The notes under the pieces are model-generated. The model was not told the DNA's origin. It did no database searches and saw only the letters and a program-made list of their open reading frames with translations. A stretch of DNA of 42,411 nucleotides, taken from sequence record DRR378314_188. One strand, 5' to 3'. Below are positions 1 to 9,530 of this stretch, piece by piece. Both the position numbers and the translations under genes were made by a program. How positions within the stretch are numbered: position 1 is the first letter of the stretch; every line of letters begins with the position of its first letter.

Positions 1-13
1 TAGACCCAATGAG

Positions 14-76
14 CCGCAACCCCTTTTTTGACGTTTTTGCGAAAATCATCGTTATTTGTTTATTTTCAACACCTTA
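14..76 (-). promoter_or_regulatory. Possible sigma70 promoter pointing out of the left edge (-35 TTGCGG, upstream A-tract, IHF-like site)
   Basis: The minus strand reads AAAAAAGGGG-TTGCGG (29..14); the -10 would lie outside the window. AT-rich 45-80 contains TTTCAACACCTTA (64..76), one mismatch from the IHF consensus WATCAANNNNTTR. Confidence 0.3.
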
Positions 77-152
77 AACATGGCGTCGCGGTCAGGATCC
101 ACGCACAACGGTGAGGAAGTGACGTGCCTCACTGCGAGAGCGACAGACGCCC

Positions 153-168
153 CCACCAGATATAGTAG
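153..168. promoter_or_regulatory. NrdR-box-like imperfect palindrome
   Basis: CCACCAGATATAGTAG resembles the NrdR consensus acaCwAtATaTwGtgt; only one copy is visible. Confidence 0.35.
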
Positions 169-285
169 GCTCACCGCGAGCAAGCACCAAAACCGACGGG
201 CATTTGCGACTCGCACATGAGCCAATCAGTGAATCGCAGAGATGATTCCAGAGATCTGCGTGGACGATGTACCGTCATCGGGTTC

Positions 286-3200
286 TCACAAATCGATTTC
301 CAGCACCCCGTCGGGTTCCGCGGCGCGTGATTGGCACAGCACAATGGCCCCTTCTCGCTGCGCCTTGGACAAAACAAAGTCCCGGTGCTCCACCTCCCCT
401 GATACAAGACCACACTTGCACACACCGCAGATCCCATCGGCGCATTTCACATCCACATGGATGCCATGTTCCGCCAGAGCATCTGTGGCAGTCTGCTCGG
501 CAGCGACGGCGATCTCTTTGCCGGACGCTGACAGTTTAAGAGTAAAGGGGTGGTTCTCATACTCTGGTTGCTCAGGCACCGAGAAGTATTCCAGATGGCG
601 CGCCTCCTCTGGAAAGCCGGAGGCTTCGGCCCCGGCCATCACTGCATCCATGTAGGGGCCAGCCCCGCAGGTGTAGACATTCCAGCCAGGTTGGTAGCCA
701 GACAAGATCTCGTCGAATTGCGCCCGTGTGCCCTCATCAGAGATGTGGAGATGGACATGTTTCGCCCAGGGTACCTGCGCCAGATCCTCCAGGTACCCGC
801 CCTGGTCACGGGATCTGATAGAGTAGTGAAGCTCGAACGCCCTTCCGAGCGCATGGAGGCGATGCGCCATGGCAATCATCGGGGTCACGCCGATGCCACC
901 GCCCATCAGGAAGGTCTTTGTTGCCGCCTCATCCAAGGGGAAGTGATTGATGGGACGGGAAATGAAAATGCGCCGCCCCTCGGAAAAGATCCGATGCAGC
1001 AGCTTTGAGCCGCCGCGCCCAGCCTCCTCGCGCAACACGCCGATCTGGTAGTACGAGCGATCAGCAGGATTTCCCGACATGGAATACTGGCGCAAAAATT
1101 CCGGAGCGACCACGATGTCCAGATGGGCGCCCGCGGTCCACGCTGGGAGTTCACCGCCATCGGCTGCGCGGAATTCGTACTTCGTGATCCCCTCTGCCAT
1201 GATCTCCGCCTTGGACACGATCACCTCAAGCACCGGGCTGTCACTGTCACTCTTATATATATGGTCCCACTCGCCGCTCTCGCCCTTTGCCCGCCGCGTC
1301 TTGTATTCCTCGGCGGTGATCATGGCTTGATAGGCTTCGATCCCAGCCTCCCGGTCCATCGGGAAAGGATAGGGATAGGGGTGCGGGGCAAGGTTGGCGG
1401 GGTAAACCGCAAGTGTCTGATCTTCGTACCTGAGATCGAGATCTGTCTGCAGGCGACGCGCGTTCACCGGATGGCGGGTCGGGCGATAGGCTCCATCCTC
1501 CTCCAGCTCGAGATCCCACCACCATTTCTTGGCGGGATTCATTTCACCATTGCCAAGCACATCGTCCAGCTTGGCCAGGGCGGGGGCGGCCTTCGGGATA
1601 TTCATCGCCGCCCAGCGAAACGGCTTTTCGGCAAAGATCCCTTCCAAATTCCAGGGGCATGTCTTCATGCAACGCCCACACATTGCACCGCCGGGCGTGG
1701 TGATCCGATAGGTGGTGCATTTCTGACTGTCCGATTTCCAGATCTCATAGCCGTTGAACATCAGCTTCGGCCCGGCGGTGATTGCACCTGCAGGACACTC
1801 ACGCGCGCATTTGTTGCAGGACTCGCAAAACGACTGCAGACCAAAATCAATCGGCAAATCATGATCCATCGGCATATCGGTGGTCACCACGCCGGACTTC
1901 AGCCGCGGACCGAGGAACGGGTTGAGGATCACCTCGCCGATGCGCGACACCTCCCCCAATCCAGACAATAGCAACAAGGGCGGCTGCAGGACCTCTCCGT
2001 CCATCACCGTATGCGCCTTCGCCTTGTAGCCCAGATTTCGGATCTGTCGTGCGATCACCCCGCCAAGCAGGGAAAAGCGCAGGTAAGCGCGCATGGACTG
2101 GGCCACCGCAATCCAGTCATCACCCGATGTGCCTTCGGTGGTGTCGAACCCCTGATCGACAATCATCGAGATCGCATGTGGGTGATCAGGAGAGATCGGA
2201 GCCCCGGTGGCGTCATGGCTATACCAGGCCCAGTCTGGGCAGCGGCTGATACCAACAGCATCAATCCCCAGCCAGTAGGACGCCGCCTTGACCATATCTG
2301 CATTCCGTCTTGCATCGGTCGGGCGCGGCCCTGCAGCCGGGGCGCCCTCTTGAAGCAGGACAAAGGCACCCAGCATGCGGCGCTGCGCCATCGCCGGAGC
2401 CGCCTTGCGCACATAGTACCCACCGGTGGCCGCCTTCTGATTGCCCTTGCCCATGTCGCCGAACTGCGCCCTTGCAAACATGTCTGTCCGTTTTGGCACT
2501 CGGGCGACCCGCGCCTCATCAATATAGGTGGTGGGTGTCTCGACACGTTTCAGTGTTTCGAATGGATGTGGGCCATCTCGAAAGTCGCGGCTCCGGTAGG
2601 GATCGTCATTCAGAGCAGACCGTTCGGCCCCTGCCCCGACCCACCAACGCAAATCCCGCCCCTCGCGCCCAGGCTGTTGCGCAAAGGGGGCCAATGGCTG
2701 ATCTTCGGCAAGATCAAGGTCGGTGGTCACCACCGCAAGGCCAAATCGCTCCCCCAGATATGGCGCGACCAGCTGCCCGTCTTCCATACGCGCTATGCCA
2801 GCGGCGACGGCCAGCTGGTTCAGGTCGACGTCGGACGATGTCCCCGTATGTGCCTTGGCATCCCACCCCAGCAATCGAATGTAGTTCGCAAGCACCACCG
2901 CGGTTTCGGCACTGCGCAGGCAGGCGCGATGCGCCTCCGCCCCCTCGATCCAGTCACAGCCTGCCTCACCGGGCTTTGGATCACGCGGCATCTCGTACAG
3001 GAAGACGATCGCGTGTTTGTGCGCCCCGATCGTGGTTGGCGGAGCCTGCAGAGCTTCTTTCAGATCGGCCATGATCATGTCGATGCCAGAGGCCAGTGTC
3101 TTGGTCTGGCGTGTTTTCAAATCCTCGGCCAGCCGATCAATATCCGGATTGCGCCAGGGGCGTTGCAGTCGGGCGCCCTCAACCATCGGACCGATCCCCA

Positions 3201-3498
3201 CCATTGCAGCGTCCGCAAAATACCCAAACGCCTTGATATGCTCGGATCGCTCCTGCAAATCGTCTGGCACGTCGGCTCGTGCGCCGTTCACCAAACCATC
3301 GCGGATCGCATCCATCATCGCCTGATATTCGCACATCGCATTCACGATACTGGCCGGAGCATCGGGGCGGCGGAAGTTGAGCGCCACCGCGCGCGGTACG
3401 CCATCCAGATCCGCATGAGGAATACGTTTCAACCGCTCCAGCGGAAACGGACCGAGATGTACGGGTCGATGCCGCGAGGAAAAGAAACGAATGGACAT
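286..3498 (-). CDS. Catabolic cobalamin-dependent reductive dehalogenase fused to a PDR/VanB-type FAD/NAD(P)H reductase and 2Fe-2S ferredoxin (BhbA-like architecture)
   Basis: 1070 aa. Two 4Fe-4S motifs FCESCNKCARECP and CGRCMKTCPW; RdhA core GLGEVSRIGEVILNPFLGPRLKSGVVTTD; C-terminal RQYSM (flavin), GGGIGVTP (NAD), YTCG, and CADGICGVC...LCQS (2Fe-2S). No Tat signal. RBS GGAG upstream. Confidence 0.92.
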   Translation of the reverse strand: MSIRFFSSRHRPVHLGPFPLERLKRIPHADLDGVPRAVALNFRRPDAPASIVNAMCEYQAMMDAIRDGLVNGARADVPDDLQERSEHIKAFGYFADAAMVGIGPMVEGARLQRPWRNPDIDRLAEDLKTRQTKTLASGIDMIMADLKEALQAPPTTIGAHKHAIVFLYEMPRDPKPGEAGCDWIEGAEAHRACLRSAETAVVLANYIRLLGWDAKAHTGTSSDVDLNQLAVAAGIARMEDGQLVAPYLGERFGLAVVTTDLDLAEDQPLAPFAQQPGREGRDLRWWVGAGAERSALNDDPYRSRDFRDGPHPFETLKRVETPTTYIDEARVARVPKRTDMFARAQFGDMGKGNQKAATGGYYVRKAAPAMAQRRMLGAFVLLQEGAPAAGPRPTDARRNADMVKAASYWLGIDAVGISRCPDWAWYSHDATGAPISPDHPHAISMIVDQGFDTTEGTSGDDWIAVAQSMRAYLRFSLLGGVIARQIRNLGYKAKAHTVMDGEVLQPPLLLLSGLGEVSRIGEVILNPFLGPRLKSGVVTTDMPMDHDLPIDFGLQSFCESCNKCARECPAGAITAGPKLMFNGYEIWKSDSQKCTTYRITTPGGAMCGRCMKTCPWNLEGIFAEKPFRWAAMNIPKAAPALAKLDDVLGNGEMNPAKKWWWDLELEEDGAYRPTRHPVNARRLQTDLDLRYEDQTLAVYPANLAPHPYPYPFPMDREAGIEAYQAMITAEEYKTRRAKGESGEWDHIYKSDSDSPVLEVIVSKAEIMAEGITKYEFRAADGGELPAWTAGAHLDIVVAPEFLRQYSMSGNPADRSYYQIGVLREEAGRGGSKLLHRIFSEGRRIFISRPINHFPLDEAATKTFLMGGGIGVTPMIAMAHRLHALGRAFELHYSIRSRDQGGYLEDLAQVPWAKHVHLHISDEGTRAQFDEILSGYQPGWNVYTCGAGPYMDAVMAGAEASGFPEEARHLEYFSVPEQPEYENHPFTLKLSASGKEIAVAAEQTATDALAEHGIHVDVKCADGICGVCKCGLVSGEVEHRDFVLSKAQREGAIVLCQSRAAEPDGVLEIDL

Positions 3499-3866
3499 GC
3501 GGGCTCTCCTGGAACGGCTGTGGCGGACGGCGACGACTGGGTCGCACCATCGGACATGCTAGAGCCACGCCCTGACCTCTGCAGGAATAACAGCGTGCTC
3601 GTGCCGCCAAGTGGCACGCGCAACCATCGCGTCGTGAGTTCGGCGGCCTAGGCGACGGCCGTTCGGCGCGGTGCTGCACGTATTCTGTGCAGAACTGTCA
3701 TAGGCTTGTGTACAGCACCCTGATATGGTTGGAGAAATTTGAACCGTTTCCGATAACAGCCCTAGGCATGGAATTTCACGCCACTCAGGCGACAGAATTC
3801 CACACCCCAAGCGTACAAAATACAGACCGTCCGCGCGACGCCGCCTTCACAGTATCAAGGACATAC

Positions 3867-5054
3867 ATGGCCTATTCGTCACCCCGCTTCCCCGCAGCAT
3901 TGAATTGGATCAGTGCGGGCGCCATTACCCTGTTGATGACCCTGCCCGCCGCAGCACAACCGACACCGGGCAGGGGCGGCCCTATCGCCGCCGGTATCAT
4001 TCTGCTGAAAGAGGCACAGGTACCGTATTCCGTCACCTTGCCCGGCCGCGCCGTCGCCTATGAAGAAGTGGACATTCGACCGCGTGTGGATGGCACCATT
4101 CGCGACATTATATATGAAGCCGGGCGCAAGGTCGAAAAAGGCGATGTCCTGTTCCGCATCGAGGGGGACACTTTCGAGGTTGATGTGGCCGCAGCCGAAG
4201 CCGAAGTTGCCCGCGCCAAAGCGGCGGTGACGGCAGCCGAGGCCACCCTGTCGCGCTACGAGCGACTGCAAGGGACCGGGGTCACCATCGAGGACGTGGA
4301 AACCGCACGGGTTGCCGTGTTGCAAAACAAGGCAGAGCTCAGCTCTTCCCGTGCCGCACTGAAAATCGCACAGCTCAAACTCCAACGCACAGAAATCCAA
4401 AGCCCGATCACAGGCATCGCCGAAGTGCCCAACGTCTCGGTCGGGGCGGTGGTGACCGCCAACCAGTCAGATGCGCTGACGACGGTCACCCGGCTTGATC
4501 CGATCTACATTGATGTTGAAGAGTCCAGCAAGCGCCTCGCAGAGGTTCGCGCCATGATCGAGGGCGGTACGTTGGAGCGTGGTGAAGACCTCGACCTCAG
4601 CCTGACGCTTGAGAATGGGGCGCAGTACGACCAGAAAGGCACGTTGGAGTCGCCCGGCACCCGGGTCTCCACCACCACCGGGACGTTCGAATTCCGCATC
4701 CGCTTTGACAACCCGGAGCGGCGCTTGCTGCCTGGTCAATTCCTGCGGGTGAAGATCGAGTTGGGCACAACGCGCGCCGTGCTTGTCCCACAGGGCGCAA
4801 CGGCCCGGGCTGCTGATGGCACCCTGACCGCATTTGTCGCAGTGGATGATATCGCCGAACAGCGCGAACTGACCGAACACGGCAGCTACAAGAATGCATG
4901 GATCGTCACCGATGGCATTTCCGCAGGTGAGGCGCTGATTGTAGATGGGCTGACATCCATGCGCGATGGCGCCGCTTTGAAGACCGTCCCGGTCAATATC
5001 TCCGATACCGGCGTCGTGACCGAACAAGCCGCTGACGACAGCGACGAGGGCTAA
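3867..5054 (+). CDS. RND efflux periplasmic adaptor (membrane fusion protein, AcrA/MexA family)
   Basis: LPGRAVAYEEVDIRPRVDG, alpha-hairpin, IQSPITG, VTRLDPIYIDV, LLPGQF. ATG 3867 chosen because it follows AAGGA and begins a signal peptide (ORF-track start 3687 looks too early). Confidence 0.92.
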   Translation: MAYSSPRFPAALNWISAGAITLLMTLPAAAQPTPGRGGPIAAGIILLKEAQVPYSVTLPGRAVAYEEVDIRPRVDGTIRDIIYEAGRKVEKGDVLFRIEGDTFEVDVAAAEAEVARAKAAVTAAEATLSRYERLQGTGVTIEDVETARVAVLQNKAELSSSRAALKIAQLKLQRTEIQSPITGIAEVPNVSVGAVVTANQSDALTTVTRLDPIYIDVEESSKRLAEVRAMIEGGTLERGEDLDLSLTLENGAQYDQKGTLESPGTRVSTTTGTFEFRIRFDNPERRLLPGQFLRVKIELGTTRAVLVPQGATARAADGTLTAFVAVDDIAEQRELTEHGSYKNAWIVTDGISAGEALIVDGLTSMRDGAALKTVPVNISDTGVVTEQAADDSDEG

Positions 5055-5057
5055 GAC

Positions 5058-8000
5058 ATGGGTCTCTTCTTTATCAAGCGCCCAGTCTTCGCATGGGTGC
5101 TCGCCCTCATGACAATGCTCATCGGGACATGGTCCGCGCTGACCCTGCCCGTGGCGCAGTATCCGGAGATCGCCCCCACCACGGTTCGGGTTTCAGCCAG
5201 CTACAACGGTGCCACGGCCGAGGCGGTGGAGAACTCCGTCACGCGGGTCATCGAGGATGCCATGACCGGCCTGGACGGCATGATCTATATGACCGCGCGC
5301 TCCTCCGAGGGGTCGGCGTCCATCCAGATTACCTTTGATGAGAGCGTCGAGCCGATCGACGCGCAGAACGAGGTCCAGACCAAGGTGTCGCAAGTCGAGG
5401 GCCAACTGCCGACCGCTGTGCGTACTCAGGGCGTGACCGTTTCGCGATCCTCGTCCTCCATCTTGCTGGTCGGCGCCATCGTGGCCGAGAACGGACAATA
5501 CTCCACCGTCCAGCTCGGCAACATCCTATCTGAACAGGTCGAAGGACCGATCCAACGCACTGAGGGGGTCGGCGGCGTCAGCATCTTTGGTTCCGGCTAT
5601 GCCATGCGGATCTGGCTCGACCCCATTGCCCTGGCCCGGTTCCAGCTGACGCCACAGGACGTGGTCGGCGCAGTCGAAGAACAGAACACCACCGTTTCGG
5701 TCGGCTCCCTCGGCAGCCAGCCGACGCTCATTGGTCAGCAGTTCAATGCCACGATCACGGCACAGAGCCAGATGACCACCGTCGAGGAATTTGAGCAGAT
5801 CCTGCTCAAGGCCGATGAAAGCGGCGGAACTGTGCATCTGGCAGATGTGGCGCGCGTGGAGATCGGCCAGGAAAGCTATGGCGGCGACTCGCGTTTTTCC
5901 GGCAAGAACGCGACTGGGTTCGGCGTGAACCTCGCCACAGGTGCAAACGCAGTGGACACGGCCGCTGCGGTGCGCGCGACACTGGATCGCCTTGCCCCCT
6001 CCTTGCCAGAGGGCGTCGAGTTCGAAATCGCCTATGACACTTCGCCCTTTGTCGAATTGTCGATCGAACAGGTCTACCACACGCTGATAGAAGCGGTCGT
6101 TCTGGTGTTTCTGGTGCTGCTGCTGTTCCTGCAAAGCTGGCGGGCGACGCTGATCCCGCTGATCGCAGTGCCGGTGGTTTTGCTCGGGACATTTGCCGTC
6201 CTGCAGATCGGTGGCTTCTCTATCAATACCCTGACCATGTTTGCCATGGTGCTCGCGATCGGACTGCTGGTTGATGATGCCATTGTGGTGGTGGAAAACG
6301 TCGAACGCCTGATGGAGGACGAAGGCCTGTCCGCACGTGAAGCGACCCAGAAGAGCATGGGGCAAATCACCTCTGCACTGTTGGGGATCAACGTGGTACT
6401 CGCGGCGGTCTTCTTGCCGATGGCGTTTTTCGGCGGGTCCACCGGGGTGATCTACCGCCAGTTCTCTGTCACCATGGTCACAGCGATGACATTGTCTCTC
6501 TGCGTTGCGATCATCCTGTCGCCACCAATGTCTGCCCGTCTTCTGAAGCCAAAGGAAGGCGAACCTCGCTTCGCCCCCTTCCGGTGGTTCAATGCGCTCG
6601 TCAATCGCGGCATCACCGGGTACGGCGCTGGGGTCAAAGGCACGCTGCGGATGCCAGTATTGATGCCGCTCGCCCTCGTTGCGGTGTTGGTCGGGGCTTA
6701 TATGGTGAACAATCGTCTCACCACATCCTTCATCCCGACCGAAGATCAGGGCGTGCTTCTGACCGTCGTCACGCTTCCCGAGGGGGCGACAACCGCGCAG
6801 ACGACCGCAACCGTGGAAAAACTGGAGGCGTTCTTCCTGACGGACGAAGCCGATGCGGTGGAAAGCACATTTGCTGCATTGGGGTTCGGATTTTCTGGCA
6901 GTGGACAGAACCGCGCCATGGTTTTTGTAAAACTCAAAAGCTTTGACGAGCGTGACGGACAGGCCCAACTTGCCGCCGCACAAGTGGCGCAACGGGCCAA
7001 TATTGCCTTCAGTCAGCTGCGGGACGGGCAGATCTTCGTCCTGCAACCCCCGGCCATTCGAGGGCTCGGCAACAGTGGTGGCTTTGAGATGTACCTGGTC
7101 GACCAGTCCGGCGCCGGCTCCGACGCCCTTCAGGCTGCAGCGGAACAATTGGTCGCAAATGCCGAGCAGAGCGATCGCGTGGTCAACCTCAGCGCCAATG
7201 GTACCGAGAAGGACAGCGCCCTGAAAATCACGATTGATCGTGCCAAGGCCGAAAGTTTCGGCCTGACCCTATCCGAAGTCAACGGCATGTTGTCCGTGAT
7301 CTTCGCAGGTTCCGAGGTCAATGATTTCGAGCTTGGCGCCGCATTGCGCCCGGTCATCGTGCAGGGCGATGCACCCTATCGCATGCAGACCGAAGACGTC
7401 TTTGACTGGTATGCGCGCAACGCAGCCGGAGAAATGGTGCCATTCTCGGCCTTCATGTCCACCTCCTGGGAACCCGTCGCCCCCACGCTGGAACGCTACG
7501 GCGCAACCTCTGCCCTGCAGATTTCCGGCTCGCCGGGGAGCGGCTACAGTTCTGGCACGGCAATGGCGGAGATGGAGGCATTGGTGGCCGATCTGGACGG
7601 AGGATACGCGGCGGCCTGGACAGGCCTCAGCTATCAGGAACGCCAATCCGGAGATCAGGCACCGATCCTCTATGCAATCTCCGCGCTGGTCGTCTTTCTG
7701 GCACTGGCCGCCCTCTACGAGAGCTGGTCGATCCCGCTGGCGGTGATGCTGGCGGTGCCGGTGGGCATTCTCGGAGCGCTGTTTGCAGCCTGGATCTTTG
7801 GTCAGTCGAATGACGTCTACTTCAAGGTGGGTATGCTGACCACGATCGGACTCGCGGCACGAAACGCCATCCTGATCGTGGAATTTGCAGAGGATCTGCG
7901 GCGCACCGGCATGACCATCGCCGATGCCGCAATCGAAGCGGCCCGTCTACGGTTGCGCCCGATCCTGATGACCGCCTTGACGTTCATACTCGGGGTGCTG

Positions 8001-8174
8001 CCCCTCGCACTTGCAACCGGCGCAGGCGCAGCATCGCAAAACGCCATCGGTATCGGGGTAATCGGCGGGATGGTGGCTTCCACCTTCCTTGGAATTTTCA
8101 TGGTTCCTGCGTTCTACGTCCTGATCATGCGGATTACCCGCAAACTGACAGGTGTCGATATCGGCTCTGTCTAA
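5058..8174 (+). CDS. RND efflux permease, HAE1 (AcrB/MexB) family
   Basis: 1038 aa. FFIKRPVFAWV, LPVAQYPEIAP, YAMRIWLDP, TM4 GLLVDDAIVVVENVER, RLRPILMT. Confidence 0.96.
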   Translation: MGLFFIKRPVFAWVLALMTMLIGTWSALTLPVAQYPEIAPTTVRVSASYNGATAEAVENSVTRVIEDAMTGLDGMIYMTARSSEGSASIQITFDESVEPIDAQNEVQTKVSQVEGQLPTAVRTQGVTVSRSSSSILLVGAIVAENGQYSTVQLGNILSEQVEGPIQRTEGVGGVSIFGSGYAMRIWLDPIALARFQLTPQDVVGAVEEQNTTVSVGSLGSQPTLIGQQFNATITAQSQMTTVEEFEQILLKADESGGTVHLADVARVEIGQESYGGDSRFSGKNATGFGVNLATGANAVDTAAAVRATLDRLAPSLPEGVEFEIAYDTSPFVELSIEQVYHTLIEAVVLVFLVLLLFLQSWRATLIPLIAVPVVLLGTFAVLQIGGFSINTLTMFAMVLAIGLLVDDAIVVVENVERLMEDEGLSAREATQKSMGQITSALLGINVVLAAVFLPMAFFGGSTGVIYRQFSVTMVTAMTLSLCVAIILSPPMSARLLKPKEGEPRFAPFRWFNALVNRGITGYGAGVKGTLRMPVLMPLALVAVLVGAYMVNNRLTTSFIPTEDQGVLLTVVTLPEGATTAQTTATVEKLEAFFLTDEADAVESTFAALGFGFSGSGQNRAMVFVKLKSFDERDGQAQLAAAQVAQRANIAFSQLRDGQIFVLQPPAIRGLGNSGGFEMYLVDQSGAGSDALQAAAEQLVANAEQSDRVVNLSANGTEKDSALKITIDRAKAESFGLTLSEVNGMLSVIFAGSEVNDFELGAALRPVIVQGDAPYRMQTEDVFDWYARNAAGEMVPFSAFMSTSWEPVAPTLERYGATSALQISGSPGSGYSSGTAMAEMEALVADLDGGYAAAWTGLSYQERQSGDQAPILYAISALVVFLALAALYESWSIPLAVMLAVPVGILGALFAAWIFGQSNDVYFKVGMLTTIGLAARNAILIVEFAEDLRRTGMTIADAAIEAARLRLRPILMTALTFILGVLPLALATGAGAASQNAIGIGVIGGMVASTFLGIFMVPAFYVLIMRITRKLTGVDIGSV

Positions 8175-8180
8175 CTGCGG

Positions 8181-8209
8181 TTCGGCGCGTCATTCTCAGG
8201 CGCGCCGGA
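8181..8209 (+). terminator. Stem-loop downstream of the RND permease
   Basis: TTCGGCGCGTC-attctca-GGCGCGCCGGA inverted repeat just after the stop; no U-tract. Confidence 0.4.
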
Positions 8210-8326
8210 AACGCAAACGCCAATTGCCCAGCGCGTTTCCCAATGAGTAGAAGCAGCGTTCAGCTCCGCACACCTCCACATGCTGCGCGGCGGACCCAGC
8301 ATATGGCTCGTCGACAATTGCTCAGA

Positions 8327-8359
8327 ATATACAAATCATATACACTTCATGTATTCTAT
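8327..8359 (+). promoter_or_regulatory. AT-rich 11-bp-period direct repeats upstream of the ParD-like gene (candidate operator)
   Basis: ATATACAAATC / ATATACACTTC / ATGTATTCTAT at 8327, 8338 and 8349, directly before the RBS GGAGG. Confidence 0.5.
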
Positions 8360-8372
8360 GCTTGGAGGTCAC

Positions 8373-8576
8373 ATGGGAATTGTCAAAATTGGTGAAGAAC
8401 TGCACGAGGATCTTAGGCAGGTCAGCGCCGTCATGTGTCGATCCATCAACGCACAAGCCGAATTCTGGATGAAAATCGGTAAATTGGCCGAGGCAAATCC
8501 AACGCTGTCCTACTCTGACATCGTCAAGATGCAACTGAGTGAGGCGGGCGCCCTTCAGCCAGCCACGGCGGCCTGA
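8373..8576 (+). CDS. ParD-like family small protein (putative ribbon-helix-helix DNA-binding protein)
   Basis: MGIVKIGEELHEDLR...CRSINAQAEFWMKIGKLAEANPTLSY. ATG 8373 follows GGAGG; 2 nt before map. Confidence 0.8.
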   Translation: MGIVKIGEELHEDLRQVSAVMCRSINAQAEFWMKIGKLAEANPTLSYSDIVKMQLSEAGALQPATAA

Positions 8577-8578
8577 CC

Positions 8579-9382
8579 GTGGTGAAAACACCGGACGAGC
8601 TGGCTTTGATGCGCACCGCTGGCCGTATGCTGGCAGCGGTATTCGAGATGCTCGACACGGTTGACCTCATGCATATGTCGACCTTGCAGATCAATGATAT
8701 GGTCGACCACTACATCACCCGCACGCTCCTCGCCCGCCCAGCGAGCAAAGGGCAATACGGGTATGACTACGTACTGAATTGCTCTCGTAACCATGTTGTC
8801 TGCCATGGCGTCCCCGCAGGCGACGACATCATCCGCGATGGGGACATCATCAATCTCGACATCACGCTGGAAAAAGACGGATATATCGCGGATTCGAGCA
8901 AGACCTACATGGTCGGCTCCGTCGCTGCACCCGCGCGGCGCATCGTGCGGATTGCTCAGAACGCGATGTGGCAGGGCATCCGACAAGTTCGCCCCGGCGC
9001 GCGGCTCGGAGACATTGGCCATGCCATTGAACGTCACGCGAAAGCGAACAACTGCTCAGTCGTCAGGGAGTACTGTGGCCATGGCATTGGCCGCGAGATG
9101 CATCAGGACCCACAGGTTCTGAATTTCGGACGGCGCGGGACCGGCATGATCCTGCGCGAAGGTATGGTTTTCACCATCGAACCGATGATCAATCAAGGCA
9201 GCCGAAAGGTAAAAACCAAAGACGACGGTTGGACCGTGGTGACGGGTGATGGCAAGCTGTCTGCGCAGTTCGAACATACTGTCGCAGTGGTTGCCAAGGG
9301 CGTCGAGGTCCTCACATTGAGACGGGACGAACTCCCGGTCCTGAGAGCAATCCCCCACGCTGACTCTTCGTTAGCCCGGTAA
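8579..9382 (+). CDS. map: Type I methionine aminopeptidase
   Basis: VVCHGVP, metal ligands DITL..DGYIADS, EYCGHGIG..H, FTIEPM, SAQFEHT. Confidence 0.95.
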   Translation: MVKTPDELALMRTAGRMLAAVFEMLDTVDLMHMSTLQINDMVDHYITRTLLARPASKGQYGYDYVLNCSRNHVVCHGVPAGDDIIRDGDIINLDITLEKDGYIADSSKTYMVGSVAAPARRIVRIAQNAMWQGIRQVRPGARLGDIGHAIERHAKANNCSVVREYCGHGIGREMHQDPQVLNFGRRGTGMILREGMVFTIEPMINQGSRKVKTKDDGWTVVTGDGKLSAQFEHTVAVVAKGVEVLTLRRDELPVLRAIPHADSSLAR

Positions 9383-9530
9383 CCTCGACGCGATCCCAGC
9401 AGGTCGCCTTTTACAGGTTGTGTTGCCATCATCCTTACGTCCTGCAAAGCTGTCTCCTGCTCGACCTCCGAACTGGCTTTCCGGTACTGGCAGGCATCGC
9501 GCCCCCTTTGCGAATACGACGAGGTTCCAG

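Noticed and set aside
286-3498. Dehalogenase acting as the missing QueG for the que operon (the families are homologous)
   Set aside because: It is 36 kb away and has the duplicated RdhA core plus reductase fusion of catabolic dehalogenases, not QueG architecture.
2011-3651. 546-aa plus-strand ORF
   Set aside because: Antisense shadow of the dehalogenase, with no recognisable motifs; typical of high-GC codon bias.
3499-3866. Cobalamin riboswitch upstream of the B12-dependent enzyme
   Set aside because: No B12-box or GCCCCCGCAACTGT-like core was seen on either strand.
5526-7148. 540-aa minus-strand ORF
   Set aside because: Antisense shadow of the RND permease; its His/Gln/Arg-rich composition mirrors hydrophobic codons on the other strand.
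8373-8576. Classical ParDE toxin-antitoxin system
   Set aside because: No ParE/RelE-like toxin ORF is adjacent; the partner gene is map.
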